Positions 1 to 13,728 of a stretch of 64,000 nucleotides of DNA are shown piece by piece (positions within the stretch are counted from its first letter, which is position 1; each line of letters opens with the position of its first letter). The notes under the pieces are model-generated. The model saw only the letters and a list, made by a program, of their open reading frames with translations. It ran no database searches and had not been told where the DNA came from. The stretch comes from Chrysomallon squamiferum (Eukaryota > Animalia > Mollusca), in contig CM022667.1 of the NCBI GenBank assembly GCA_012295275.1, positions 20,088,001-20,152,000 on the forward strand. The letters run 5' to 3'. A program made the position numbers and the translations under genes.

Positions 1-2
1 AA

Positions 3-1877
3 CACCAGCAGTTCAAAAGACTTTATTGGTTGAAACGATCAGACAATGGCCATTTTACTGGAGCTGAAATGAAATTACAAGGAGAATATATGGCGCAGGT
101 TATGGGTTTACAGTATCAAACTGGAAATGATACTGGTTATTCAGCCATATCCCCAGTAGAATCACGTTCAAATTACTCCAGAGATGGATATTCTCATTCA
201 GCTGCCAATGTAACAGTTACTGAGGATACAAGACCAAAATCGGTGGGAGCTGATGGTGTATTGGATCTTTCCTTACCACCAGCAAAACATTCAACAGATA
301 AAATGCAAACCACTAAAAGCAGGCATAATAATAAAGATGTTTTCATTTGTTTTACATGCTCATCAGAGACAGTGAATTCATCCTGTAAAATTATTTCATC
401 AGTGAAACATTCAGATGGTATTCCATATTATCCATTTCTGGAAAAAATTACTCCACCTAAAGGCTCTATGCCTCTCAGTGAAAAAGGTATAGCAAGAGTT
501 TGTGAACAGTGTTTTTTAATATTGTACCATCAGTGGGTTTCATATGAACAAATTGGCACTCCACCACCATCTAGAATTTACAACATTAGAGATGCTTTTG
601 GTTCTAGTACAAACAGATCTACCATATCTGCCAGACAAAGTAATGAGAAAAGTAAAAAGGGTATTTATGAAGTATGTTACTTGTGTGGCCAGTCATACTC
701 TATAACGATGATAAAGCCTCTTTATACAATCCCATCAGCAGACAATAAATCACACATGTATTTTCCATTTGTCAGAGAATTAAGGAGGCCACAAGGATCA
801 CAGCCTTTGAATCCTGATGGTACAGTTTTAGTTTGTAACAACTGTCATAGCAATCTAAAGAGTCAGTGGAATTTATATGAATCTGAAAATATTTCCTTTC
901 TACAGCGAAGATATTCCCTTCTCCCAGTTGATGGAACTCTTGCCACTAACACTAAAACCCCTGTTGCAGTAAATATAGAAAAACATAAATTACCAAATGC
1001 TGAAGAAAGTCAATCACAACCTTGCTTGGAATCTGATGTGAGCATTACAGAACCATTGAACATACAGATCAGCAAAAGTCCTTTGCCCTCAAGTCAGACT
1101 AATGCCCAAGGATTATTAGCAATAGCACAACCTTTAGTTAAGACTGAAGAACCAGACAGTACTTCACTGCAGACAAATGTATCACTGTCATCCAGCCAGA
1201 GTGTCAATAGTATCTTGGCAGCAAGAGTTTTAGAACATCATCGTTACCTTTCAGAAGGAAAAAATGGGAATACTGCAACAATTCCACATCCTTTACAGCA
1301 TGCTGGGGCTTTGCCAAAAAGTGTTTGTTTTGTTTGTGGAGAAAATACATTGCTCAATCAAGCTCAGACTTTATGTTCATACCCAACACGTCATGACACT
1401 AAACTTCCTAACAGTCAAGCTGCTCCATTTTTCCCGTTTCTGGTTAATCGAGATCCAGCACCTGGTGCAGAACCAATGGCAGATGATGGAACAGTCATAT
1501 CTTGCTCATATTGTTTCTACAGCTTGCTCAACCAGTGGAAAATGTATGAAGAATCAAAAGATCCTGATGACCACAAACGATGGGTTAGAAAATACACTGT
1601 TGGGGAATTTGTTTGCTATGTTTGCAGTAGACCAGTATCTCGAAAGAACTTGAGGAATCTGGAAGTAAAAAAATTTTCATTTCTGAAAGAACATCCTGTT
1701 CCAAAAGGTGCAATTGTCATCAATGATGGAGAAAATGTTGTAGTCTGTCAGTCCTGCCACTTCAGTCTTGGACACCAGTTGGCAGAGTACGAGAGGTTAG
1801 GACTGCCATATGACCTGCACAAGTACAACTGGAATCAGCAACCATCATTAGGTGTTGATGAAATCTGCAGGGATCAG
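3..1877 (+). CDS. GSE1: Large GSE1 N-terminal exon with 4 complete Cys-rich (CxxC..CxxC) repeats; open to the window edge
   Basis: The frame of ORF 30..1883 has no stop back to position 3 (HQQFKRLYWLKR...). Donor CAG|gtataa at 1877/1878, phase 0. Confidence 0.85.
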
Positions 1878-4239
1878 GTATAAAAACGTAAAATTTCCCA
1901 AAAAATTATTTCCTTTTTTCAAGCTTTAATCACTTTATAGAGTTTTATTCTTCATAAAGAAACAGTATTCAAATGTGCACGACAAGCATGATAAAAATTA
2001 CTATTGAAAATTAAAACAAATTTGACTGACACATTTTTTAATTTTTCTGTATAATATATCACAGAATATTGTTAAAATACACATCTTAGTTCAGCCATTA
2101 AATATTTTATTTATGAACCACATATTCAAAATTCATAAAACAATGTTTTTAAAGTGTTATATATCTGCTTATAAAAATAGTACAAATCTCTCTTTAAGTT
2201 TTTTTTTTATTACATTTATATGCAGTTGTTTGAAAAGGTGAATTCTGAAATGTCTCTCAGATGTTGAAAAGTTATTCAACATATTCAATATAGTCAGTGT
2301 TATTTATGAAAAATGTACAAATTTTTAAAACTATCAGCCTTTTTTTAAAGTGGATATTATTTACTAATTATGTGAGAATTAATCTGAATGGATAGGTTAG
2401 TCTTCTTGATGTCTGATAAATTGTATACAAGATCAAATGGCTCAATTACGATTGGCTAGTTGTAGCAGATGGGTCACTGGGAGATGCATGTAGCAATCAA
2501 TTTCACAGGGAAACCAGTTTTAGCTGGTTCTGTCTAACTATTCTTGGCTGCTCATAGTGAAAATGATCATTCTTTTGTGTGACAGGGATCTAAAACCGTC
2601 ACTTCTGGCACAACAATTGCCCAGAACTGCGTGTCTCACTGGCAGGGATAAGGTTACTAACCTCCATTAATAATGCTCAGAATCTGTAGTGTTAGTTTTA
2701 TAAATAAAAAAGAACTGCTGTATTTATCCAGGCAGAGGAGAACAAAAAAAAATGACAGCATTTTAAATGTCTGTATGGATGGATGTTTACATATGTGTGC
2801 ACACACACAAAATATAAATATACTTTTCATTATTCTGTGTATATATAGACACATTAGGTTTAACAGACTAAAATGTATTTAGTTCTGGGTTGCACAATAT
2901 ATCCATTGTTATATAGTGTGTAACAAAATTAACAGAAAGAAAGAAATTCCTCATTTTTCATTAAACCTTAAATGAATTGATTATCAACCATGACTGTAAT
3001 CATAACAATAGCAGAACAGAATTAAATGCGGAATAAATTCTGTAAAATAAGACATTTAATTTTGGATTCATTTATATTTTCATTATAATTTTTAATTAGG
3101 AGATGGAAAACATGGAAGGTTTAGAGCTTAATTCAGACTATTCTAAAATTTTAATATAAGCATTTGTTTAAGAAGATTAATTTGTATATAATTTGGTATA
3201 TTTAGTGTTTCTTTTAAACTATTTTTTAAATAAAGTAAATTATTTTAAAAGCTTCTTTGATTTTTTTGTCAAATGCTTTTAAAATATGCAGTGAAATTTT
3301 TTTTTTTTATTTATTATAATTTAAGCTTTTAAGAAATTGATATTTGGAAGTGAATTATGCAGTATCATAAATATGCAAGAAATTGACATGTGAATGTTGA
3401 TGTTGAGCTATATATAACCAGTGTTGGCAAATGCAAGCATTCTTCACTGTACATAATTTCTGTGCTAGAAGTTAACAGAATACTTTTAATTCAGTGTTTG
3501 TCAAGACTTTACTCAGCCAGCACAGCTTCTTTAATATATACAAGTTAATTAATTCAGGAGATCATGTTATAGCCTTCATGGTTTTCCTGTTTGTATGTTG
3601 TAATGTATTGGAATGTTGTCAGTTCAGTTATCCACTGCGTGACATGAAATTGATTCTCCAGTGTCCTTTATTCGTATTTATAAATACCTGGGTTAATATT
3701 GTTATCTTCGTGATGAACCCTTTGACTCCTAGGATTTTGTTAAAAAGTCGCCACTTTAAATAACAAATGGCTTTATTTGTCATACATGTACATATGCTAA
3801 AATTTTCAATTACTTCCTTCTACAAATGTATCTTAGTGATACAGTGTTTCCAAAATTAGACTTAAAAACACATTTTTGACAATTTCAAGATTAAATAGAA
3901 GTTAGTCAGCTTGTGTTTGCATAGTAATCCATTATTCAGTTGGTTGAAAAAACTGTAATGAAATTATATACAGTTTTTGAGATATTTCATTTAATATTCA
4001 TCTCAAATATGAAAATCATGTGATTAAACATGTTGGCAGTGTTTTATTTCTAGCAGTGACTACAAATGATATTAATTAACTCATTTAATCTTGGTGTTAG
4101 ATTTTATAATTAAATATACTTGCATTAAAAAATATTAATGTTGTTATATGCAGTTTCAAAAAATTAATACCATTTTTTCCCCCCATGATATGTATAGTTG
4201 TGATCTTATTGATGATACATGTTTGTGTGTGTGTTTGTT

Positions 4240-4270
<31 letters not shown>

Positions 4271-5254
4271 CCACACAAGTTGTTACAAATTGATTGTGAA
4301 AAATTAATATTTTAATTTTTTTTGGTTCAAACAGGAAGGTGATGAAGTCCGAATCAAAGCCATGGAAGAAGATTATGTGACTGATATGTCTAAAACAGCT
4401 GACACTTCAAGTAAGTGTTTTAGTTACATGAATAAATAGTGGTGCATTTGTTTTTATGAAAGCAGTTTGCAGGTTTGTTTTGGTTTTTTCCTATTACAAA
4501 ATATAAAAAAATGAAATTCACACACTGAGAGACACAAAGCATAATAAACAGCAGAACATTATGTTGATGCAGATATCACACAGTTTTGAAGCCAGTTAAA
4601 ACTGAAGGTAATGAACTATTTTTCTGTACAATTACTGGTAGAACAGATTTTATAAATTTTAAAGGTCAGTTGTAAATTCATACTTGAACAAAGTCTGAAT
4701 GAAGAAGATAAAGTGATTTGCTTCAGTTATTATTTTCACATTAGCAGAATAGACATTAATAAAAGCTCTTTGCAGCTAAACATTTGAAAAAATTTATGTA
4801 TTTTTTTATTATTTATTGTTGTTGTTGTTGTTGCATAACATTTTCTAGAGACACACATAGTTCAGAAACACTTAATAAAAGTAATGAATAAATTAATATG
4901 AATTTGATATGAATTTGTTAATATGAAATTAGTTTTATCTTTCATGCATATGCAACAGTATAAAGTAAAATAAACATTTGGAGTTTATTGTTGGTAGAAA
5001 CCATTCTGTTAGATAAGCAGTTTCCACATTGTAAATAATTGTTTATGAACAATAACTATGATTTGAAGTATCGCATATGAAAAAAAAAAATAGCTGGAAA
5101 TGAATTTATCTTGACAGTTATAAATCATAATCTGTAGCCTGAGACAATCCTTGTCCATGAATGCAGCTGATAGGGATAGAATTACTAACTTAATTTGAAA
5201 TGTTTAAGGCATATGTGTGTCTGGGTTTACTTTTTTTTTTTCTTAAATACATTC

Positions 5255-5297
<43 letters not shown>

Positions 5298-5506
5298 ATA
5301 AAGAAATTGTGCAACTACTGTATGATGGATATCTTAAATAGTTTGCATGTAGACATGAATTTTGTGCTTGCATTTGTGAATTAAATTGTCTGTGTAAGAG
5401 ATATGAATGTTACATTTTTCGAGAAAGAAATAAAAAAATGTTGAATATTCTTCAAAAACACATGATTGAGAAATATTTTCTGAATCTTATAAAATCAACA
5501 TTTCTT

Positions 5507-5541
<35 letters not shown>

Positions 5542-6841
5542 TTTTAATTTTAGAAGTACTAATAAAACAGAAACTAAAAGTATACTGTCATTTCACACTT
5601 ACACTGTATTCTTAATTCTTTTGTGATATATTTTAATACATTTTTTTAATAATATGTAATAATTTTAAAAAAGTGTTTCACAGTAACATACGATTTATAT
5701 ATCACATCTTAAAATATTAAAAGTAAATATAATGACTGGTTCTGTAGGAAAGAATGTGTGAAAAAGCCCTTACTATTGTTAATCAGTGCAGATAGCCCAC
5801 GTTATAGAAAAAACTAGCCAGACACTTTGTAATGATTATTAAAATTGAAATGTCATTAAAAGAGAAAGCAAACATCTGCCAAAATAGTTATATAATGATA
5901 GACTTTTTCTTGCAAACATTTCAACTGGGTTTTTTTTTTTACCCTATCAAGGGACATAATTCTGACAGTACTAACTCACGAGTCACTTACTGTGTAACAG
6001 AATTTTTAGATTATTGCATTTAAAATTGCAGGCTATGAATATCAAGATTTAGATATTTTTAAAATTGTCAAACAGTATAATAAGAATATTTATATTAAAG
6101 TTACAAATTAAAGGTCATAAGCTTTTTAAAAGTTACTATTTATCATTTCTTTGTCTTAAAAGTTATTTATATTTCAACAGCTTCAGATATGATATACAGG
6201 AGATATATTTGTGATGTCAATGCATGCTTTTGAGAGATAAATTGGCTATAAAATAAAATATGTATTTTGACAAAAGAAATACCATATTTCTTGCCCGGAA
6301 GGTTTAATATTTTTATGTGAAATGATATGTATGTCTGTTTTGATTCACACAGAGATAAAGCAATCGAGTAATTTAAATAATACTTTTGAACGTGAATTAC
6401 TAATTTTAAGTGGTGAAAGTTTCAGGTTTTGTCATTACCAAGATTTGTAATGTTAAAATGTTGATTTTTAAAATCATGTTTTTATTATTTTAATTTCTTA
6501 AAAGTATATTTTGAACATTTAATAAATTATTAAAACAGAATAAATTACTCTGCAAGTAAAACCATCACCTGTAATGGTTTATTAGTATTTAATTTTAATT
6601 TGTTCTGGATAATTAAATAGTTCTTATTTTGGATTTTTGTCATTTTGGTTTGGGTGTTAAAATAAAATACTCATATGGTTTATGGATTATCAGACAAAGT
6701 TAAAAAAAAACATTGATATATATATATCACTTTTTACACAATTTCCCCCTCAATTTTATTATTATTTTATTTTTATTTTTTTGCCTCTATGTGTATTTGT
6801 ATGTTATAAGTAAATAAGTATAACTTATTTACATATAACAT

Positions 6842-6874
<33 letters not shown>

Positions 6875-8237
6875 CTTATTTACTTATAACATACACATAC
6901 ACATAGAGGCAAAAAAAAAAAATAATAATAATAAAAAAATTGAGGGGGAAATTGTGTATAAGTGTTGGCATTGTAAACAGTCTGTTATTCTTGTCAGGTG
7001 AATATCTTTAGAGAACCAGTGAAGCATAGCTCTGTTTTTCCCTCTTTTTTTTTTTTTTTTTTTTTGATTTTTGTTTTGTTAAGTTACTTGAGCATGTTTG
7101 AAGTGACATATCTATATGTAGTATTATGTATGTTAAAAGATCACAAAGTCAGTGTGTGTTATGTGACCCTAGCTTTGTGTTTGTATTGTGTTGTAGGACA
7201 AAGTGTCTGAAAATAATCTGCCAGGCTTGATACAATACAGATAAATGTCAGAACAAACTTGTAGGAAACACCTGGAGTAACATCTTGTACAAAGATGAAT
7301 GAAAAAGTAAAAATTTAGCGAAAAAAAAAAAAAAAATTTTTTATTACTATTATTATTATTATTTATTTTACAAATAACTTCTCATAATTAGTCAATAGAA
7401 GGTCATTTTCTTGAGTTAAAAATCTCTTGACTATAGTTTCAACTGATAATAAAGGAAAAAATAATCTCAATGTGTAGCTTAATTAAATCATGTAAAGAAT
7501 AATTTCTTTAAACTGTTGCAGATAAATTACATTAACTTTATTTGGTAAATTTCTTTTTATAAACATAATTATTATGCATATGCACAGACAATGCATTTTC
7601 TTCATAATAACTTGGAAAAGCTGCTAAAACATTTTAGCATAGTTCTTGTTAATAACATTCAGGACCTTTGATCCAGGACATGATTTAGTATTTTCCATTT
7701 TCTAGTTCAGTATTGTTATATATCCTTCGAGGCTTGAATCGATTGTTTTGTATTAGTCATGCATGGACTATAAGAAGTTAAATTGGCATGGATATGTGAA
7801 GACCTGAATATAAATATTTCTCCAAGGACTCATCAGTACTGTTTGGGGAGAACTGCAATTGTCAGCAAATATCTACTGATAATCTGCCCAGCCACTTCAT
7901 GATTTATAGAAAACAGTCCTTTGTTCCTTACAAATGCAATAATCTCTCCTTGTTTAACTTGTGTGGGTGTCACAGTTTCTTGAAATGTTCTGAAATTGAT
8001 TTTTAGAAAATGAATTTTCCAGAGATGTCTTTTTTTTTCATTTCTTTTATGTGTGTATGTCTGTGTATGTGTGTCAGAAAACAGTATATCAATTCATATT
8101 AAGACATTATTAATCACATAATCAGAAAGATTATGTTTGTAGACTTGTTTTAGAAGTATAATATAAAGGATAGCTAATCAAATTTAGATTATAAGCAACA
8201 GGAAATGAAAAAGGCACATGTTGTAATAAATAAAAAC

Positions 8238-8268
<31 letters not shown>

Positions 8269-11200
8269 CAGTAATAAAACTGGTTATGATGAATGATTTA
8301 GTTCCTGAAATTTTAATTATTTTAGATCACTATTTTGTTCAAATTATCCTCTGGAAATCACTATTGAAAGTAACTTGTAAATATATTTACCTATTCTGTT
8401 GATCTCTCTTGTGTACATCTGTCTGAAAATTACAGAAAGAAAAATAACACAGTGAAAGTGGGAAGGCTGATTTAAGATTATTTATTAAGTATTAATATCT
8501 TTGAATGTTTCAGTACAAACTTTGCCTTATATTTGATATTTAATTTTTGAAAGTGTATGATATTGTACGGGGATTTTTTTTTTTTTTTTTTTTGTTTTTT
8601 TTTTTTGTTAAATGATAATTTAACTTGCCAGAGCAAAACCAAACAGATAAATTTTACCATTTAAGATAAAGTCAGGCCAAACAGATGCTGTACGCATTTA
8701 ACCGGTGGTACATAATTACACTGTTTTCAGTAAAGATGAAATTAATTACTAAAGTGTTTCCATTGCAGTTTAATAAATCAACTTTTTATAACAAATGGTA
8801 ATGCTCTGAGATTTTAAATTCATTTTGACTACATCCTGGTTGCATGACGTTGGTGTTTTGTCTTCCATTACCAAGTCCTTTGAGAGGCGCCATAGTGTAG
8901 TCACTATTGTCTGCATTAAATTAATCAATACAGTGTATGGACAGGACCAGTGATCTGCTTCGCTTTATTAAAACTGGTTCAACAGTTTATTTGATGGTTA
9001 ATTCCCTTGAGGAATTACAGTTGTGTATTTCTGAACAGAGTTTTCAATTTATTGATGCTTAATGCCCTTGGGTTTCTGTTGCATTTGTAAGAGACATATG
9101 TATTAATTTGGGTTTTATTTGCACTTTTTCATCTGTTGATATGTGGATTATGATTCAAGACACTTTTTACAAAACAAATTATTATTATTATTATTATATT
9201 TTTGTTCCATTCATAAGCTTACTACTTTAAGACATAATATGTACATTACTCACCTCGATTTAATGAAAGCTGTTAGTGTTTATCAGTAATTTTTATAAAT
9301 CTTTCATTTTCATTTTTAAAATCATTGGAATTTACCACATGTCAATGAAATGGTGAACACAGCAGTTTTTCTGAATAATTTAATTTGTTTAACTATTTTT
9401 TAAATTTATGAATTATTGAATAGTCAAGTTTTATTCTTAGTTCTAATTCAGTTTACTGATTACTGTGAAATAAATTTTAAAATAATACTTTTTATTAAAT
9501 TTGATGTAATACTTTTCATGGTTTAAACTTTGTTACTGTTGTTGTAATCTGAATAAAGACTTTTAGTTGTTCTAGGTATATGTCATACTGAAAAGGTAAA
9601 AAAAAAGGTTTAATCTTTGCAGTCATTCATATATAACTACCATCTGAGATTTGTTTAAATTATTATTTTTATTGTTAAAACTGTACTGTTTAGATTACAT
9701 CATTTAATTTCTTTTACAAAACAAAATAAAATTCTTAAAGGAATAAAAACAATAAGTTTTAATATATATTAATTTTATTTGCAAAAAACAGACTATGGTT
9801 CTAATATATATGTTCATGTTCTTATTTTAATTTTATTATTATTATTACAAATATTATTTATTTTTATTTTATTTTCTGCTAGATATGACTTATTTCTTGT
9901 TAAAAGTGCAAGAGCTAAATTGACTAGACATCAGTAAATACATATAGATTGAACACATGTACATAACCTGGTCTGTTGCACATTATCAATGCTGATAAAT
10001 TGGCTACTAGCTGTCAGCTGTTACTTGTAATGTCATACATAGAAGAGTTTCTCCTCAACCTGTATATCACATGTATACAATTTAATACCTCTCATATATC
10101 ACACTACCCATTTAACATTTATTTCTCTAGCTCACTGTTATCTAAAATATCAATAATTAATGTTGTATTTAACATCTTCTTTTTCTTTATCAGGTTAATA
10201 GTTAATAAAGCAAAATATCTGATTACGTTACTAAAGCAAAATATCTGATTACATTACTAAACATAGAATCTAAGTTAACAATATGCTGACCAAATTAATT
10301 ATGGAATTAATGAAACAGCATCAAAAAATATGTCAAAATAATTATGATATTTAAATTGAAAACATCTCATGCATTAATATCATTTAAAACATTACCAAAA
10401 AAAATGAAAAATTAGAAAAAGTAACAACTGAGATTGTATGATTATTTTTACACATCATTTGACTTAATTTAGTATGTGAAGAATTGCATCAATAGCATGC
10501 AAACTGTTAATTAGTACATCCAAGTCCCTTGATAACTGTCAATCCAAATCTAAGGCTTTTGTCCCAGTGACGCCATCCAGCTGGTGATTAATGCAAAACT
10601 TATTACCACCACATCCAATCAATAACCGTGATGGAGTAGTATCGAGGCCAGCCATATAACCTATGTGTTGCTATTAAACTATGTGATTAGTGTAACACAC
10701 CAATCTTAGACTATTATCCCTCGGGAAGTGAAACATCTGCTGTTAGGTTTATGTGATACTACTGACGAGTCAAGCCCATTGTTGATCTGGAGGGAGGTCA
10801 GGTTGAGACAGGCAGCCGACACTTGTCAGTGTGGCTTTGCATGAAGTATTGCATGTTGTGCCTGCCCGCTTGTCACATGTGCAGTGTGGAATACACTTGG
10901 AATGTTGAACAATAACTGTGTGCCCTCAGTAGAGCCTGCCTCCCCTTTACCACAGAATTGTAATGGCTGAAGGAGAAAGTAATTATCAATAAAGGCAAAA
11001 AGCTGTCCAATTAGGACACATTACAGCTATTGGTAAATGATGTGAGGATACACTACACAGTTTAGAAGTGTGATATCAACCAGAAGTCTAACAGACCACA
11101 GAGGTGTGCTGTGTTAGTTGGGATTGTTGATGGGCAGTGCTGTTATTGAGTGTACTGAATATAGGCTGTCTGTTGCTTCAGGACATGTCAGTGTGTGGAT

Positions 11201-12606
11201 ATACAGACTTGGGGAAGTATTACTTATCCAGTTTCAGGGGATAAGAAATATACCTGATGTTGGTTATTTGAGAACTGACTTGGATGTATACAGCTGTTAG
11301 TTATGATGTCCATTAATTTTCTTTCTTCAAAGGACTTGCTGACCCATAACAACTTGTAATATCAAAATTCACACAGTGAACGGAGTTGTTTTTATCTGTC
11401 TGCATTAGCAGGATATTAAATTTGACAGTGTGGATCTGTTTGCTGTAGAAAAACAAGATTTTACAATCAATAACTTGGATGGGGAATTTTATTGGTAGTT
11501 ATCATGAATATGCTGACCGAATGGCCGACTGTAATAATAGAACTTGATAGATCACACTGGAATTGTGTGATTTGATAAACTGCAGGTATAGCGCAACCTG
11601 TTGTGACTAATCAATGGAGAACTATTTGTGCATGGATGCTTAATGAAAACTAATATGTCTTTGAATAATATTTATCCTGGGAATTTATCTAGTTTCTTGT
11701 TTCCACCCTACACAGCGGTTCCACCCTATTATGGATTTCAAGGTGAGATTACTATTAAAATATATAATTTTTGTTTTTTTTACTCAACATGATAGATATC
11801 ATTTTCTTTAACTGATCATAGTTTTTATTTATTTTATAAATTTATTTCTCATGTGAAAATATCAAGTATGTGTTAATGCCACAGATGTTTAAAGTAATTT
11901 AAAAAATCATTCCAACCATACATCAAAAATAATAATAAAGATAAAATAAAAAATCTGGCAACAACATATGGAAGAGCAGTACTTAACTGATCAAAAATAG
12001 TTATAGTCTTGTGCTGTTTTTACTGTAATTTATAAATTATCTACTGTTCAGCAGTAACAACAATAAAATTTGAAATAAAAAAAAAATTGTTTAAATTAAC
12101 AACTCAACTCTTGTTTATTTTTACCTTTTGAAAAAGGAAATTAATTTTTAGTTGTTATATGATCTAGCTGCTTTCTGAGTTGTTGTTTTTTTTTTTTTTT
12201 TTTTTACAAATTCCATATCTGATCATTTTTCTGTTATATTTTACACATGGCTGACTCTGCAAGGTTTTAATAAGTCAACTTGAATTAACATAAAAAAAAA
12301 ACCAGATGAAAAAAGACCTTGAAATATGTATTTTTCACAGAAATACATTGAGAAGTGGGAGTTACAGGCACAGATTTAATGCTTGACTAAATACACAAAG
12401 AACTAAGAGACCATTGCCTGTGGTATTACAGTGGGATCAAATAACTAAATTCTGAAGGGTGAACTTGATACAAACCTGATCTGTAATGTGTCAACAACTA
12501 AAGACATGTATGTTTTGATCTAAGCTTGCTGAAAGACTTTAATAACATGCTACTGAACAAGATAATGAAAAGTGAAACATTAATGATTTGTTTATAGTTT
12601 CAGATG

Positions 12607-12653
<47 letters not shown>

Positions 12654-13018
12654 TCTTTCTTAATTTCTTAATGATTTATTTCAATAGTACTTCTAAATTT
12701 AATATATATTTTTATTAGTATATTTTGTTTTAATGAAATCACTTTCAGTTCCTGTCTTTGCTGGTAATACTTAGTAACTAAAACTATATATATATATACA
12801 TATATGTATCAGTATTTATTACATAAATTATTTGTGATTATGTGTGTCATGCAGCAAGCTACAGAGTGAGATTTATTGTTTTAATCTTATTACATTAAGC
12901 TGTGTACATTTCTTTTTATATATATAAAAATATATATATATATATTTTTTTTTTTAGCTAGCATGATTTAGGAATAATTGTAAACATGAAATAACAATTA
13001 TATATGTTTGTATGTTTA

Positions 13019-13049
<31 letters not shown>

Positions 13050-13064
13050 GTGTGTGTGTGTGTG

Positions 13065-13097
<33 letters not shown>

Positions 13098-13695
13098 CTA
13101 AGAAGAACTAAAGTCTTTGTTCTGCTTTTAAACCCAGCCACTAACTGTTGCTGATACGCTAAAATGTAAATTATATTTAAATCCTTTGCAATAGATTATT
13201 TCCACAGACTCTGTATTCATGGAGGCTTGCAATTTAGGGGAAGTCAAACTAAGGAAATATCTCCGATATAGTCCCTGATTTATTCCAATCAATATTACAT
13301 GGTTCTATCATGCTATTAGTGTCTGGCCCCGGGGCGTCGTTGGCAACCTTTGTAATTGACACTCTATCAGGCAGCGATCAGTGGCTGCAGATGTCGGGTC
13401 ATATCAGGCCAGGAATCCTCGCGGCTCTTTTGACACATATTGATTGAAAATGGTGTATTACTAAATGGAGTTTAAGTCCTAGAAAACAACACATTCTCGA
13501 ATTTTGAGAGAATAATCATTTTTCGTGTCCGTTTTTCTCCTGGTTAGGAAAATTAGTTTTCTTTTGTTTTTTTTTTGTTTTCATTTTCTTGCTGATTGTT
13601 TATGTGGGGGGTTTTACAAAACTGATCATTATAAAGTTCAGATATTCAGAAATAATAATTATAATTATAATTATAATTATAATTATAATTATAAT

Positions 13696-13728
<33 letters not shown>

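Noticed and set aside
1264-1653. Overlapping 129-aa alternative-frame ORF (also antisense ORFs 31492-31716 and 33038-33301)
   Set aside because: These are shadows of real coding exons with no independent signals.
10207-10261. 26-bp tandem duplication (similar short duplications near 30820/30882 and 58370/58455)
   Set aside because: Ordinary slippage duplications with no functional hint.
11731-11742. ATG GAT TTC AAG as a 4-codon first exon
   Set aside because: It is phase 0 and out of frame with the acceptor at 28655; the ATG at 11643 gives the compatible frame.
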